From a virus, in IMG/VR virus record IMGVR_UViG_3300045988_079610: a stretch of 64,000 nt of DNA. One strand, 5' to 3'. Both the position numbers and the translations under genes were made by a program. Positions 31,701-39,512 of this stretch are shown in pieces. The notes beneath the pieces are model-generated. The model did not search any database. It saw only the letters and a list, made by a program, of their open reading frames with translations, and was not told the origin of the DNA. The first letter of the stretch is position 1, and every line of letters begins with the position of its first letter.

Positions 31701-34700
31701 TAAACCTTTAAGAGTTAAAAGTCTTACATTAGGAAGATATATTATTAGTACTAATTCTACTAGTACTCAAACTATATCTTTTCCTGATGGAAGTAAACAT
31801 ACTTTTGCTATTACAAAGGAGAATACTAGAAAATATGATAGTGTTTATCTTAATGATAAAAAGTATACTAAAGAAGAAAGACTTGCTGCTGCTTATCAAA
31901 TTAAAGACCCTCTTCTTAGAGACTCTTATGTTAAAGCAATAGAAGATAATCATGTTCATGTTGATAATATATTTAAGATTGTAGAAAATACAGATATTCT
32001 TCAAGGAGATGATACTTCTTTTGCAGCTAGCGTTGAAGAATCAGATTTATCTGCTCTTGAATATATTAATCTTGCTCAAAAAGGTCAAAGAGAAATAAAG
32101 ACTGGTCTTGATGGAGAAATTTCTCTTGAAGTTCAAGCTACTCAACAAGCAAAAGTTCAAGGTATAAAACTCAAATATGATGATGTTAGAAATAATGTTG
32201 ATGATGCTACTAGAATAGTTGCTGAATATGCAATTAAAAAAGCTCAACAACTTGTTACTAGATTTAATCAATATATTGAAGACCCTCAAAATCCTGGTAC
32301 ATATATTAGTTTAAGTGATGAAAGAATAATAGATGTTATTAAAGATAATCCTGTTGCTATTAGTAATTTCTTTAAAACACTTAATGAAATAAGTGCTTAT
32401 AAAGCTAGATTTATAACATATAAGAGTTGTGATATAGCTACAGATAGTCCTGCTGTTAAGAAGTATGTTGAAGATATTAATGAAGCTTATGATAAAGTTG
32501 CATCTTTAAATGCAGATACAGCTAATCATAATCTTATGGAAAACTATGTATCTAAACTTAGTACTAATCCTCTTATTAGAGAAGGAGTTTTAGATATTAG
32601 TGAAAATTATTATAAGACTTATGGTTCTATGTGGATGTTCCATGATATAGCGGAAAATGGTAATCCTGCTCTTCAAAATATTCTTAAAGATGTTTATGGT
32701 CATATTGAAGCTAAAAGAATGATGGCACTTAGACAAGTAAGAGAATTTAAAAATCATATTAAATCAATTATTGATGCTGCTAAAAAAGAAGGTATAACTG
32801 TAGATATTAATAAGATTATTGATTCTAGAGGTATATTTGTTCAAGATTATTCTCAAGAATTTCTTGATAAAATGGAGGAACTTAGAAAAGCTAAAAGAGA
32901 TGCTGCTAAACTTGGTAAAGGTTATGGTTCTATTGAATATCTTACAGCTAAAAATAAATATGATCAATATAAAGCTGTATATACTCATCAAGCTGCTAAA
33001 CAAGATTATTATATTCAAAAAGCTAATCTTGAAAGACTTATGATTAAGAATCATCCTAGAATTTATTCTAGATATATGACTCTTCTTTATAGGCAGCTTG
33101 ATATATATAATTACATGACTGAAAATGGTATTCCTGAAGAGAAGCAAGAAGAACTTAATAGGATTAACGATGAAATGTTTAATCTTAGAGCTAATACTCA
33201 ATATTATATCGAAGATGGAATTTCAAAAGAGCGTCCTGCTGAAGAACCAGACCATGACCCTACTGATTATGAATATTGGTCAAATCCTGAGAATGATTAT
33301 GAGGCTAGTAGTATATATGATGTGCATGAAGCTAATGTTCTTAATGATTTCTTAAATAAAATGCACGAGCTTAATAATATGTATTTTGAATATACTCCTA
33401 AATACGGATTTGAAGATTTACTTCAAAAGAATCTTAGCATTATAAGAACTATTGAAAAGCCTGATGCCAATGGTGTTCCTACTCAGTCTCAAGAAATACT
33501 TGAATCAAATCCTGAATATGTAGCTGCTAAAAAATGGATTAAAGAAAATGCTCAATATGAAATTAAAGCAGGTAAAAATGAAGATGGAAGTTTTGTAAAT
33601 CCTTTAGCTGATAAGATTATTAAAGCTCTTAATAGACTTAAACTTGGTGGTAATGGTAAATCAAGAACTGTAAATAGTATTATGCGTCATGCTAATAATA
33701 ATGAAGGCATATATGATGCTAATAAAGTTCCTGATGGTACTAAACTTACTAAAGATGAAATAGATTCTATTCGTATCGAAATGGAAAATCGCTATGGTAT
33801 AGCTGGTCTTCCTGCTGGTAGTGATAGAGTTATGATTTCTAATGCTAAGCCTGATGGTCCTTTACTTAATGCAGCTTTCTATAGTAGATATGGTGGAGGT
33901 AAGAAAATTAATACTCCTGAATATATAGATATTATTACTCAAATTAATAAGATTCATCAAAAGTATTGGAATCCTATTGATAAAACTGTTAATCTTCAAA
34001 ATATACCAGATACTGAAGCTGGACATAAAGAACTCAAAAAACTTGATGAACTTTATCAAAAACTTCGTCAAATTAGAGCTGCTAATAGTGAAAGTATTGA
34101 TGAAGAAACTAAAAAATTTAGAGAAAAGTATACTGAATTTAAAGTTAATACTGAATTAGGTAGAGAACAAGCTAAAGGCATTGTAGGTAAATCTGATGAA
34201 TTTAGAAAACTTTATCTCAATGTTGTTCTTGAAAAAAGAATTGATGGTACTATTAGAACTGATGAAAATGGTGTTGCTGTACCTAATAGATTACTTTATG
34301 GTTATCTTGCTCTTAAAGAAGACCTTTCAGAAGATGAAAAGAATAGATTTATTGATAAACAAAGACAAGAAGATTTAAATCTTATTGATAAATCATATAA
34401 AACTGTTCGTACTAAATATTGGGAAAGAGCTTTAGCTGAAGCTCATAATCGTAGAGATACTGACCCTTCTTTTGATTATAATGCTTGGTGGAATAGTAAT
34501 CATGTTTACAATCCTTATACTAGAGAAATGGAACTTCTTCCATGTTGGACTACTAAAGCTATAAATCCTGAATATATGGAAGATGGTACTTTCCTTGGTG
34601 AATGGATTCCTAAAGCTGGTATGAGAACTAAGAAAGTTAAAGATGGTATGACTAAACTTGATGGTCTTGACCAAAAATATTATCTTGAAGACCAAGATAT

Positions 34701-37299
34701 GAGAGATAAAGACTATAAAGATGATGCTTCTCTTGCAACTAATTATATAAAAGGTGCTAATAATGGTAAATATGATAATTCAACTCAACTTAATGATAGA
34801 GAAAAAGAATTAAGAGATTATATTCAAAATACTCTTATTAAGACTGCTGGTAATATTGTTAGTAGAAGATATTTTGAATCAGGACGTGCTCCTCAACGTA
34901 GAAAAGCTGATTCTGTTGATGCTAAAATGATTCTTAAAGAAACTGGTAAAATGGTTGGAATCGGTGTATCAACTAATAATGGTAAAAAAGATTTTGATGA
35001 ACATATAGGTTATGATAATGATGTAACTCCTATTATGCCTATGCTTAAAGATATAGTAAGTGTCAAAGTTACTAAAGTTGTTAAACCTGAAGAACTTGAT
35101 GCTGCATTAAAATCTGATTATACTGTTACTCTTGATAGTAAGAAATTTAAAAAGCCAGAAAGACTTGATTACGAAACAAATGAAGATTATACTAAAGCTT
35201 TAGCTGAATATGAAGCAACTCAAGAACTTGTTAAAAAACATAATGAAAAAGTTCGTGAAGATAATCTTGATAGAAATTGGATAGATGTTATCAGTGATTA
35301 TATTAACCAAGCTTCTAGATATAATGCAATTCAAGATAGTAAGGAAAAACTTTATTGGTTACTTGAAGAACTTAGACATCAACAAGCTTATATTCGTAAG
35401 TATGGAGCTACTGGTGATTTAAGACTTGATAGTAGAAGAAGTACTGATGATAATAATGTTTATCAAACTTCTACTGATGATAATCTTATTAAGCAATATG
35501 AAAATCAACTTAGAAGACTTCTTTGGGACCAATGGAAAGAACCTGAAAATCATATGACTCGTTGGGCTAATCAACTTCAAACTTTTACATCTGCTAATTA
35601 TATGATGCTTAATATACGTGGTGGTATTGCTAACATTACTGTTGGTATGCAAGGTATATTTGGTGAAGCTATGGCAGGTGACCAATTTAGTGCTAAAGGT
35701 TGGAGATGGGGAATTGCTGAATGGCATAAAGGACTTCCTGGTATGGCTGCTGGTATGTATGATGAAAAAGCTCATGGTAAAGTAGATGGAGTTATTAAAC
35801 TTTTTAAAGCTGTTGACTATGATGAAATTACTGGAGTTGTAAGAAATGCTGGTCTTGCTAAATGGTCTGAAAGAATTAGAAATGCAGGTTTCTCTCCTCA
35901 AACTATTACTGAAAACTTTATGCAAAATGGAGTTCTTCTTGCTATGCTTCATGAACATAAGATTATTACTATTGACAGTGATGATATTAGAGGTATTGGA
36001 GCTAGAATTATGAATAAGCGAGAATATTGGAATTATAAAAAGATTGGTCTTCTTGCTGAAATTCTTGGTGAAGAACAATTCAATGAATATAAGAAGTTTA
36101 AAGAGGAAAAGATGAAAGACCCTAATCTTCTTAAAGATTATGCTTGGTTTAGAAAAGATTTAGCTACTGATTTTGTTGTTCAGCATTGTAGTTCTAAACA
36201 ACGTGATGAATATGTAAAGAAACAAAAAGAAGCAAAAGCTAAAGTAGAAAAAGAATTTGATACTAAGATAGACCTTTATAGTCAAATGGAAGAAAAAGAT
36301 GGTTATATTCAATTTAAAGAAGGTTCTGACCTTGCTAAACTTGATGAATTTAGAAGCGATAAAGATGGAGAAGATGTAACAAAATCTTATGCTCTTCTTG
36401 GTGAATTTGCTGAAAAAGTTCGTAAGACTAATAACTATATTCATGGTGTATATAATCGTCAAGGTATGGCTTATATTGAAAAGACTTGGTATGGTAGTCT
36501 TGTAATGCAATATCATAAACATCTTCCAATGGGTCTTATGAAACGTTATCATACTAGAGGTAATTGGAATGAATTTAGAAACTCTGTAAATAAAGGTATG
36601 ATTCCTAGTTGTATAGACTTTTTAAAGCTAGATATTGATTTAGTTAAACATGATGCTGGTTTATCAGATGATGAAGTAACTACTCTTAAGGGTGTTCAAA
36701 ATATTCTTACTCATAGTTATCAATTACTTACTCATCTTAAAACAACTTGGGAAATAATGCCTGATTATGATAAAGCTAATATAAAGAGAAACCTTGGAGA
36801 TTTGATAGGAGTTCTTGGAGGTATAATGGGTTCTATTGCACTTATAGCTTTAGGTGCTGATGATGATAAAAATAAAGGTGCATTTGAAAATATAATGGCA
36901 AATCTTGCTTTATATGAAAGTGATAGACTTACTTCTGAATCATTTATGTACAATCCTATAGGTATGCAAACTGAACTTAAAACTCTTATGAGTACTCCTC
37001 TTGCTGCACAAAGTGTTATAAGTGATGGACTTAAAGCTATTTATGAAATAGGTGGTTTTATAATGCAAGGTGATAGTTTTGACCCAATTTATAAAAGTGG
37101 TCGATTTGCTGGAGAAAATAAGCTTAGTGTTTATGTTCAAAGACGTATTCCTATGTGGAATGGTATTAGACAAGTTATAGATTCCCCTGATAATAATCAT
37201 TATTATAAAGTTGGTGATACTGCTTGTAGTCTTATTAATACTAAAGGTATTGGTAATTGGATTGGTGGTAGAGGTTATGATTATGGTAAAGAAGATTAG
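22738..37299 (+). CDS. giant virion-packaged RNA polymerase-containing protein (4853 aa)
   Basis: 14.6-kb uninterrupted ORF. The segment ...GYRIPTEGKQSV...SQTGSDFDIDSVYG contains DFDID at nt 28063-28077 (D1776), the DxDxD metal-binding signature of the double-psi beta-barrel RNAPs predicted and shown for crAss-like phages. It also has an acidic N-terminal tract and a C-terminal hydrophobic helix (GVLGGIMGSIALIALG). Confidence 0.85.
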   Translation: MNTCVINFTETKVGEKLRTLVGNNNVAYWNYVSKCFDDNGIKDSFKTWYEKTFRKECKTTDKDFAIRMIRYYNETATKVGRSLRSGVNTSNVGKYNYPSIQDREEGIRHSVGFLLDEFTNIQNQGLTIKGNKREYYANVLQTQFKKHIFNYIAYLNKMSYDDVIADYQEATDKHKYLEKMFGGKNMTITGRNLLAVHDELTSSTESLNSYFNEVLGNKNLQSVLRQINDEKEEDDEDRKDQEEASDNEQDGNSESDTHMREDEGDNYIASANSHMGNYTSFMKHIGARITNYFNSLDKLSSPVRGGTAGNWTYTVDTNNNYGIPDKMDANECSALLYSHARFNNIGEMIQSIEEIGNRMPEFYAFSKLAQDLRDDADFATEMRTVFAKTIMDKVETVLSDNEGSVRISNERANPRSSLMFDMLNDCRGSIIDIQPDLVINNINKIIADISQGNKSIKFAKENIQNLSDEDIASSNDEATKYLANTITNVKSLIKAYFPSIQSEAIEAYINNANSANDIASKLDNCRNLINDIITLVSSAEKVQDNYYNIQDEIERGREHNRNIDSEIKKGNFVNIERVDISSLYSKDYLTDDSNAAVRRLMEKLLPYSIVNISLNSRNVYGNQSSDVINNSMVTNITKMLRLTYKDVNGNLVNETLSTWGRNKFRSHQYDYSGYLLETRDDEGNIIKAGLFKDKNGTLSNYAQNLINISLFNGTSNIDDDTNAMYTDQTKGDFLPTAFINFFKTPKEVEGVKTKQDNATYFLRTPSDAPKTFCIRAPRYDTKSFLTYEDDTDKINEIVNGYNKYNAENIPTDLFTPGIGVSGIKEDDLIKGLKNEGNLLITNAQSIHWIDKEKGIAAVNFAYKTNEEYYNNDTINQANGKRYIFVGTIDKSGKALYLKDYHFDGILGTVSTDFDGNIKEVLEGYYSKELKLHDVEVNGKVYSKTNQIVNRNDKLFTRFRNEAKQELLDAAIALDYYFEMTPDGVIKTELVKGVRKPVFKKDRKNNIGYKFYHLGNNGTVLEEIKKGSKVIGYRLGGAVFGSNKFTLNVLDENGKIVHRNYVNEALFQEGEQEQSDNGKINILYGGAVESNGAYVGTNLNIIRDADGNVSDVQLTDKQQETLDNALEEFILAYANQAQERCEPYKDFIKGVEYNKDNINNFAINALLNHYNYDSIFEGSVLFYGTGQNVLKRAKEYQGSGVPYGSSNYFEDDAAPNTIVEHSYLNEGYYDVESTSFETIDGKRVKKTIKTSTKIQDIFKGTIFDGVQQTTKFRAITVANTKRTSDAAAQNGPLAKYLAKIYEAAHIDKDKALVMSNELMSGFGGTKVNDAQSYITIQEWVRRIAARGQLRKYMPLIQKLIKGDELSTADVKEFVQVQKNFYYDIHYDNKYKIEVPRQIKNAEFVLIPQFIKGTELEAVYNMMIAAKIDQLNTVETSKAANEEILTLWDNDGRLSGLLEDDGTINENGKFKQFVDKANEIATGNEYLYKYLYTQQETPQHVNAQNKFGIQIAKKIIDNIQVLSEDEKKTASADKIALSNLKERYMKLTAANVRDSFNNLMEELEVQLDDEGNIIVDEHDNINNINKKIFYDKLKEELLRTGADSNLMDYVTLENGEPRMKAITVDKITKFESVVQSVFNNRITRQKLPGFHAAQVTNMGFKKLGEVTGVNNVSYDKDLQYHPNNKGYIEVRLSYSAFGIDRTKPFYKELRAKCANEAEFQDAVLKDLREKGLDIIMGYRIPTEGKQSVCNMKVVSFLDDAQGSTIVVPDDWVSQTGSDFDIDSVYGIQQKTRTTSTGEIKPIEFIEGQNVTIGDYANYLREFANNVDSDSEGTKLGNRKKAVREAINSIFDSSRAKVKGVFDEAISIRNEQQETYQNASDYQNEAFENFKAKGPFDGKNLTMVINTIRNNQIVAAKKVEDNGGNKTEQYIAKLEATSNILKAIYKKVKLDINKSESAKALIEANNELIKVLKDNSVNNDNATNEQLTEIYADKQNELEDIAKNNNLYSFDEFKEAAINHPEDVNSRDARTNEIFRCMRDILANPLSLEENLSRSNFDDITDALNDYMNPNVKDERINRSAYNPFDQMSYQEEAMSGAKLKAFSVTLDTFCSVCNTVRPILSKPIYVVYDKSDYQDPTIIQKRFNDTKEKNLKSSKTFQVRHTTYGWSNDNRCAAGKILTSYSSQTTAYILDAIKSGAIPNVNDYTFAVFKTLANIGCDYKTSISYIMQPGVTEIVNAYNANHSVFSDYQGGNPINDAIKNIAKKMGYKVTNRTSVKELLKKIDEDYHKEFNKIFAQKGEEITISTNYDDIINLPILVGKNVTRLKGEGEFKNPPVGDITTNLFDLGVVLSFGKIYTSAKEIGDIARCCNPDKFGAKQDVYTTNKIFDDAVEMIQKHSEQEPDKPYNRPALVVNKNGKDIHILESIYPGLTNVSQDSNAHGIITENRIAESSYPNLYSYLKYASATSTVVAKAVLPTQNLGFVNLLKGFTHKLNGWNVKLTPKAYKELQSYALGHFYNQCEFVQYPIDYSIDENGQMNVHLSENRTDGDFEAERQRIYGYNQNTSLTIRHTVEEDMYKKIDSKHTYITPEEYNGLSSELKANYELTKVKAKDDVPFEVKDINNTTNEEIKEFAKFSPAQKVAWIKKNFDDSGIFSKLQVSLYNPASRGYRVGSQTIEYIEDNANPNIAYQEFYNAFFDNNPLVAITAYDLIKYAATVEGFKMSQRAITKIIDNKTLIGEFGTNGTGFQDAVLNRINDLEMANNPMTANDADNKFYEEYLRSHPNTEGIKTYSVNKKNNEKYHLNNTYADIVTITIDKTLENESKEKAKDEFEERLEKVGFITRNSNDNTFKDNQYVRFKSKARGIEIYKIEKIDDNEYIAYPLNKLNINEHGTWSANEDYNIHPRSETYQYIIAQYKTDKENAKLDKDYIKEQINDYRENEGNPYYNQRNKNYNIPALDFNLEQLATEDDGNAASIIRQNIIKHFSSLDKYKPLRVKSLTLGRYIISTNSTSTQTISFPDGSKHTFAITKENTRKYDSVYLNDKKYTKEERLAAAYQIKDPLLRDSYVKAIEDNHVHVDNIFKIVENTDILQGDDTSFAASVEESDLSALEYINLAQKGQREIKTGLDGEISLEVQATQQAKVQGIKLKYDDVRNNVDDATRIVAEYAIKKAQQLVTRFNQYIEDPQNPGTYISLSDERIIDVIKDNPVAISNFFKTLNEISAYKARFITYKSCDIATDSPAVKKYVEDINEAYDKVASLNADTANHNLMENYVSKLSTNPLIREGVLDISENYYKTYGSMWMFHDIAENGNPALQNILKDVYGHIEAKRMMALRQVREFKNHIKSIIDAAKKEGITVDINKIIDSRGIFVQDYSQEFLDKMEELRKAKRDAAKLGKGYGSIEYLTAKNKYDQYKAVYTHQAAKQDYYIQKANLERLMIKNHPRIYSRYMTLLYRQLDIYNYMTENGIPEEKQEELNRINDEMFNLRANTQYYIEDGISKERPAEEPDHDPTDYEYWSNPENDYEASSIYDVHEANVLNDFLNKMHELNNMYFEYTPKYGFEDLLQKNLSIIRTIEKPDANGVPTQSQEILESNPEYVAAKKWIKENAQYEIKAGKNEDGSFVNPLADKIIKALNRLKLGGNGKSRTVNSIMRHANNNEGIYDANKVPDGTKLTKDEIDSIRIEMENRYGIAGLPAGSDRVMISNAKPDGPLLNAAFYSRYGGGKKINTPEYIDIITQINKIHQKYWNPIDKTVNLQNIPDTEAGHKELKKLDELYQKLRQIRAANSESIDEETKKFREKYTEFKVNTELGREQAKGIVGKSDEFRKLYLNVVLEKRIDGTIRTDENGVAVPNRLLYGYLALKEDLSEDEKNRFIDKQRQEDLNLIDKSYKTVRTKYWERALAEAHNRRDTDPSFDYNAWWNSNHVYNPYTREMELLPCWTTKAINPEYMEDGTFLGEWIPKAGMRTKKVKDGMTKLDGLDQKYYLEDQDMRDKDYKDDASLATNYIKGANNGKYDNSTQLNDREKELRDYIQNTLIKTAGNIVSRRYFESGRAPQRRKADSVDAKMILKETGKMVGIGVSTNNGKKDFDEHIGYDNDVTPIMPMLKDIVSVKVTKVVKPEELDAALKSDYTVTLDSKKFKKPERLDYETNEDYTKALAEYEATQELVKKHNEKVREDNLDRNWIDVISDYINQASRYNAIQDSKEKLYWLLEELRHQQAYIRKYGATGDLRLDSRRSTDDNNVYQTSTDDNLIKQYENQLRRLLWDQWKEPENHMTRWANQLQTFTSANYMMLNIRGGIANITVGMQGIFGEAMAGDQFSAKGWRWGIAEWHKGLPGMAAGMYDEKAHGKVDGVIKLFKAVDYDEITGVVRNAGLAKWSERIRNAGFSPQTITENFMQNGVLLAMLHEHKIITIDSDDIRGIGARIMNKREYWNYKKIGLLAEILGEEQFNEYKKFKEEKMKDPNLLKDYAWFRKDLATDFVVQHCSSKQRDEYVKKQKEAKAKVEKEFDTKIDLYSQMEEKDGYIQFKEGSDLAKLDEFRSDKDGEDVTKSYALLGEFAEKVRKTNNYIHGVYNRQGMAYIEKTWYGSLVMQYHKHLPMGLMKRYHTRGNWNEFRNSVNKGMIPSCIDFLKLDIDLVKHDAGLSDDEVTTLKGVQNILTHSYQLLTHLKTTWEIMPDYDKANIKRNLGDLIGVLGGIMGSIALIALGADDDKNKGAFENIMANLALYESDRLTSESFMYNPIGMQTELKTLMSTPLAAQSVISDGLKAIYEIGGFIMQGDSFDPIYKSGRFAGENKLSVYVQRRIPMWNGIRQVIDSPDNNHYYKVGDTACSLINTKGIGNWIGGRGYDYGKED
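25981..25993 (-). repeat. GC-motif copy 7, G-rich on +: CTCTACGGGGGGG (codes LYGG)
   Basis: Read directly; G7 run at 25987-25993. Confidence 0.95.
29727..29740 (+). repeat. GC-motif copy 8, C-rich on +: CCCCCCCGTAGGAG (codes NPPVG)
   Basis: Read directly; C7 run at 29727-29733. Confidence 0.95.
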
Positions 37300-37317
37300 C
37301 CTGCCCGTAGAAAGACT
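37300..37317 (+). repeat. GC-motif copy 9, interrupted variant: CCTGCCCGTAGAAAGACT, starting 1 nt after the RNAP stop codon
   Basis: Read directly; 16/18 identical to copy 11. Confidence 0.85.
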
Positions 37318-37361
37318 GATGAAATCTAATATAGATATTAATTAGAGTTAAATACAAATAA

Positions 37362-37405
37362 TACTATTGCTTAGATAGGTAGAAATGCTTATCTTTGCAA
37401 TAGTA
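37362..37405 (+). other. long imperfect hairpin between the RNAP gene and the tRNA (terminator or processing signal)
   Basis: ACTATTGCTTAGATA (37363-37377) pairs with TATCTTTGCAATAGT (37390-37404) as 8+5 bp with a 2x2 internal loop. There is no clean U tract. Confidence 0.45.
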
Positions 37406-37414
37406 ATATTTCAA

Positions 37415-37485
37415 TGGAGCATCGTATAATGGTAGTACAGAAGATTTTGGTTCTTCTAGCATAGGTTCGATTCCTATTACTCCAA
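37415..37485 (+). tRNA. tRNA-Gln, anticodon UUG
   Basis: The cloverleaf was folded by hand. Acceptor TGGAGCA/TACTCCA has one C:A mismatch. U8 is present. D stem is GTAT/GTAC with loop AATGGTA (GG present). Anticodon stem is GAAGA/TCTTC with loop TTTTGGT (U33, anticodon TTG at 37447-37449, G37). T arm is ATAGG-TTCGATT-CCTAT. No CCA is encoded. Confidence 0.8.
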
Positions 37486-37573
37486 CTAATAGTAAAATTT
37501 AAGTTGTTAATTATAATGTTAGGTTAAGTGGTTAAAAATAGGCGGTGTTAAATGGTAATTATCCCCATGTTCG

Positions 37574-37609
37574 TCCCAAGGTTATCGTGATGATAATCTT
37601 GGGATTTTT
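37574..37609 (+). terminator. strong intrinsic terminator
   Basis: TCCCAAGGTTATC (37574-37586) pairs with GATAATCTTGGGA (37592-37604), giving a 13-bp stem with one G:U and a 5-nt loop, followed by TTTTT. Confidence 0.8.
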
Positions 37610-38012
37610 CGTATATAAGATTTAATGTTGATTTCCATTGTTAAAAAAAAGGTGAAGTCCAACCTCACGGTCAAACTCCACCAAATAAAAATAGAAAACT
37701 AACAAAACAATTTAAATCACAATTTCTATACAAGTTTATATACTAATATAAAATTTAATATTTTAATTTCCTTTCTAAACGATTATTTGTATCAGGTTTA
37801 ATAACTAATCATCATTTAATAATAATTGTCATAGAAACAAATTATCAATGTATATTTCAAATTTTATCTATTATATGTAGTCGGCTAATAATTCATATTG
37901 ATACAATAATTTGTTTCCATGTCAATTTAATAGTACGACTGAATAATTATTCAGAAGATGAAATATAAATCCTTAAATGAGAAATTAAATTCTTATATAA
38001 CATATTATGAAA

Positions 38013-38249
38013 CTATTTAATAATAATATCTTCATAAAGTTTTCCAGTACTATCTACTTTATAAATTGTATCAATATTAACAGTATCATAATCTTGATTA
38101 AGAGTATCTACAATATAACTATAATCAATGCCACAAGGTTCATTATCATAATTATTATCTTTATGTTGAGAACAACATATTAGTATAAAAATAATAATTA
38201 TAAAACCTATAATAGTTTTAATTAAATGTTTATTATAATCTTTATTCAT
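38013..38249 (-). CDS. small membrane-anchored protein or lipoprotein
   Basis: 78 aa. The N-terminal hydrophobic helix ends ...FILICCSQHKD, which is signal/lipobox-like. Confidence 0.5.
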   Translation of the reverse strand: MNKDYNKHLIKTIIGFIIIIFILICCSQHKDNNYDNEPCGIDYSYIVDTLNQDYDTVNIDTIYKVDSTGKLYEDIIIK

Positions 38250-38264
38250 ATTTCTTTTAAATTA

Positions 38265-38297
38265 AAAACCCTTACTATTTTCACAAACAGTAAGGGC
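38265..38297 (-). terminator. intrinsic terminator (minus strand)
   Basis: CCCTTACT/AGTAAGGG form an 8-bp stem (38270-38277 and 38290-38297), followed on the minus strand by TTTTT (complement of 38265-38269). Confidence 0.6.
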
Positions 38298-38323
38298 AAA
38301 ATCAACTATTTACGGCAACACGT

Positions 38324-38623
38324 CTAACACTTCTTCTTTATATATAAATCTATATATCTAATAATACATATAGCAGGAGTAGAACCAGTCATTTTAAAAG
38401 TAATAACATTATCTACCATAAAAATTGTAGTTGGAAAATCTTTAAGAAAAACTCTTTTATTTCTATATTCAATAACTTCTTTTTTAGTAAGAGTATCAAA
38501 GTCTATAACTTCAAAACCAATATTAATTTTACTATTAGCAATAGCTTTTTCAATATTTTCTCTTTGAACTCTGCAACCAACACAACCTTTAGTTGTTATA
38601 AGAATTATCTTTCTATTAGTCAT
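38324..38623 (-). CDS. thioredoxin/glutaredoxin-like protein
   Basis: 99 aa with an N-terminal beta-strand followed by the CxxC motif (ILITTKGCVGC). Confidence 0.5.
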   Translation of the reverse strand: MTNRKIILITTKGCVGCRVQRENIEKAIANSKINIGFEVIDFDTLTKKEVIEYRNKRVFLKDFPTTIFMVDNVITFKMTGSTPAICIIRYIDLYIKKKC

Positions 38624-38882
38624 TTTTCTTAGAAGTATTTATTTCAGCTACATTCTCATAATATTTACCATCAGAAGTAAATTCAATACCTTCATTATGA
38701 AGACAAGTTTCCAATGTCTTAGCAAGATTTTTATAATCTCTAATAAGAATAGCTATATTAGCAGCAGTTATTTTACTTACTTTATCATTCTTTACAGCAT
38801 TATTAAAATAAGCAGTGTTTGCATTAATACGTTTAAGAGCATTAGCGTGTTCTTCAATCATAATTCTAACATTTGTATTCAT
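38616..38882 (-). CDS. hypothetical protein
   Basis: 88-aa ORF packed in the minus-strand operon. Confidence 0.6.
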   Translation of the reverse strand: MNTNVRIMIEEHANALKRINANTAYFNNAVKNDKVSKITAANIAILIRDYKNLAKTLETCLHNEGIEFTSDGKYYENVAEINTSKKND

Positions 38883-38909
38883 ATCTTTATAATTTAATTT
38901 GTTAATAAT

Positions 38910-39512
38910 TTATTTACCTGTACTTCCAAAACCACCATCACCTCTATCAGTTATTCCTAAATCTTCAAGTGTTTTTACTACTTCAAAATTAGTTTGACGA
39001 TGATGAGGAATTTCAATTTGACCAATAACATCACCAACTTCAATCGGAATTACTGCATCTGCTATAGGTCTAAATACAATAAAAATTTCACCACGATAAC
39101 TTTCATCTACAGTACATGGAGAATTAGCTATTACAAAACCTGCTTTAGTAATTCTACTATTAGGACGAATAGTTAATGAATCTCTATCTTCAAGAGCTAC
39201 ATGAATACCAGTTCCACATTTAGTTCGACCATCTTCTGTCTTTTCAATAGAAGTACAAACTACATCACAACAAGCATCAGTAGCATGACCACCAAATCCA
39301 TTTTCTTTTGAGTTAGCTACATAATGAGCATACTCTGGAATTTTAGCTGCAACTTTAGGATCAAGCCAAATCTTAACTGGAACAAAATCAATAGCTTGAC
39401 GAAGAGCTTCTTTAAGTTCTTTTTCAGCTAATTCACGATTGTCTGGAGTTTCTTTAAAAGCATTAGTATAATTAATAAATGCTTTTGCAATACGATTACT
39501 TAATTGACTCAT
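38910..39512 (-). CDS. dut: dUTP diphosphatase (dUTPase)
   Basis: Classic trimeric dUTPase motifs are present: ...VDESYRGEIFIV... and C-terminal ...RGDGGFGSTGK. Confidence 0.9.
   Translation of the reverse strand: MSQLSNRIAKAFINYTNAFKETPDNRELAEKELKEALRQAIDFVPVKIWLDPKVAAKIPEYAHYVANSKENGFGGHATDACCDVVCTSIEKTEDGRTKCGTGIHVALEDRDSLTIRPNSRITKAGFVIANSPCTVDESYRGEIFIVFRPIADAVIPIEVGDVIGQIEIPHHRQTNFEVVKTLEDLGITDRGDGGFGSTGK

Noticed and set aside
22984-37200. Many minus-strand ORFs of 60-219 aa inside the giant + strand genes (for example 26797-27291, 30856-31473, 35419-36078, 36160-36552). Similar ones lie inside 4105-22656.
   Set aside because: They are I/F/N/S/K-rich low-complexity translations lying antisense to long, well-supported ORFs. 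In AT-rich genomes with A/T-ending codons the antisense frame is depleted of stops. No independent signal supports them.
37939-37954. Perfect 16-bp palindrome CTGAATAATTATTCAG downstream of gene 38013-38249.
   Set aside because: It is mostly A/T and short, and such palindromes are common in AT-rich spacers. At most it is a weak bidirectional terminator.
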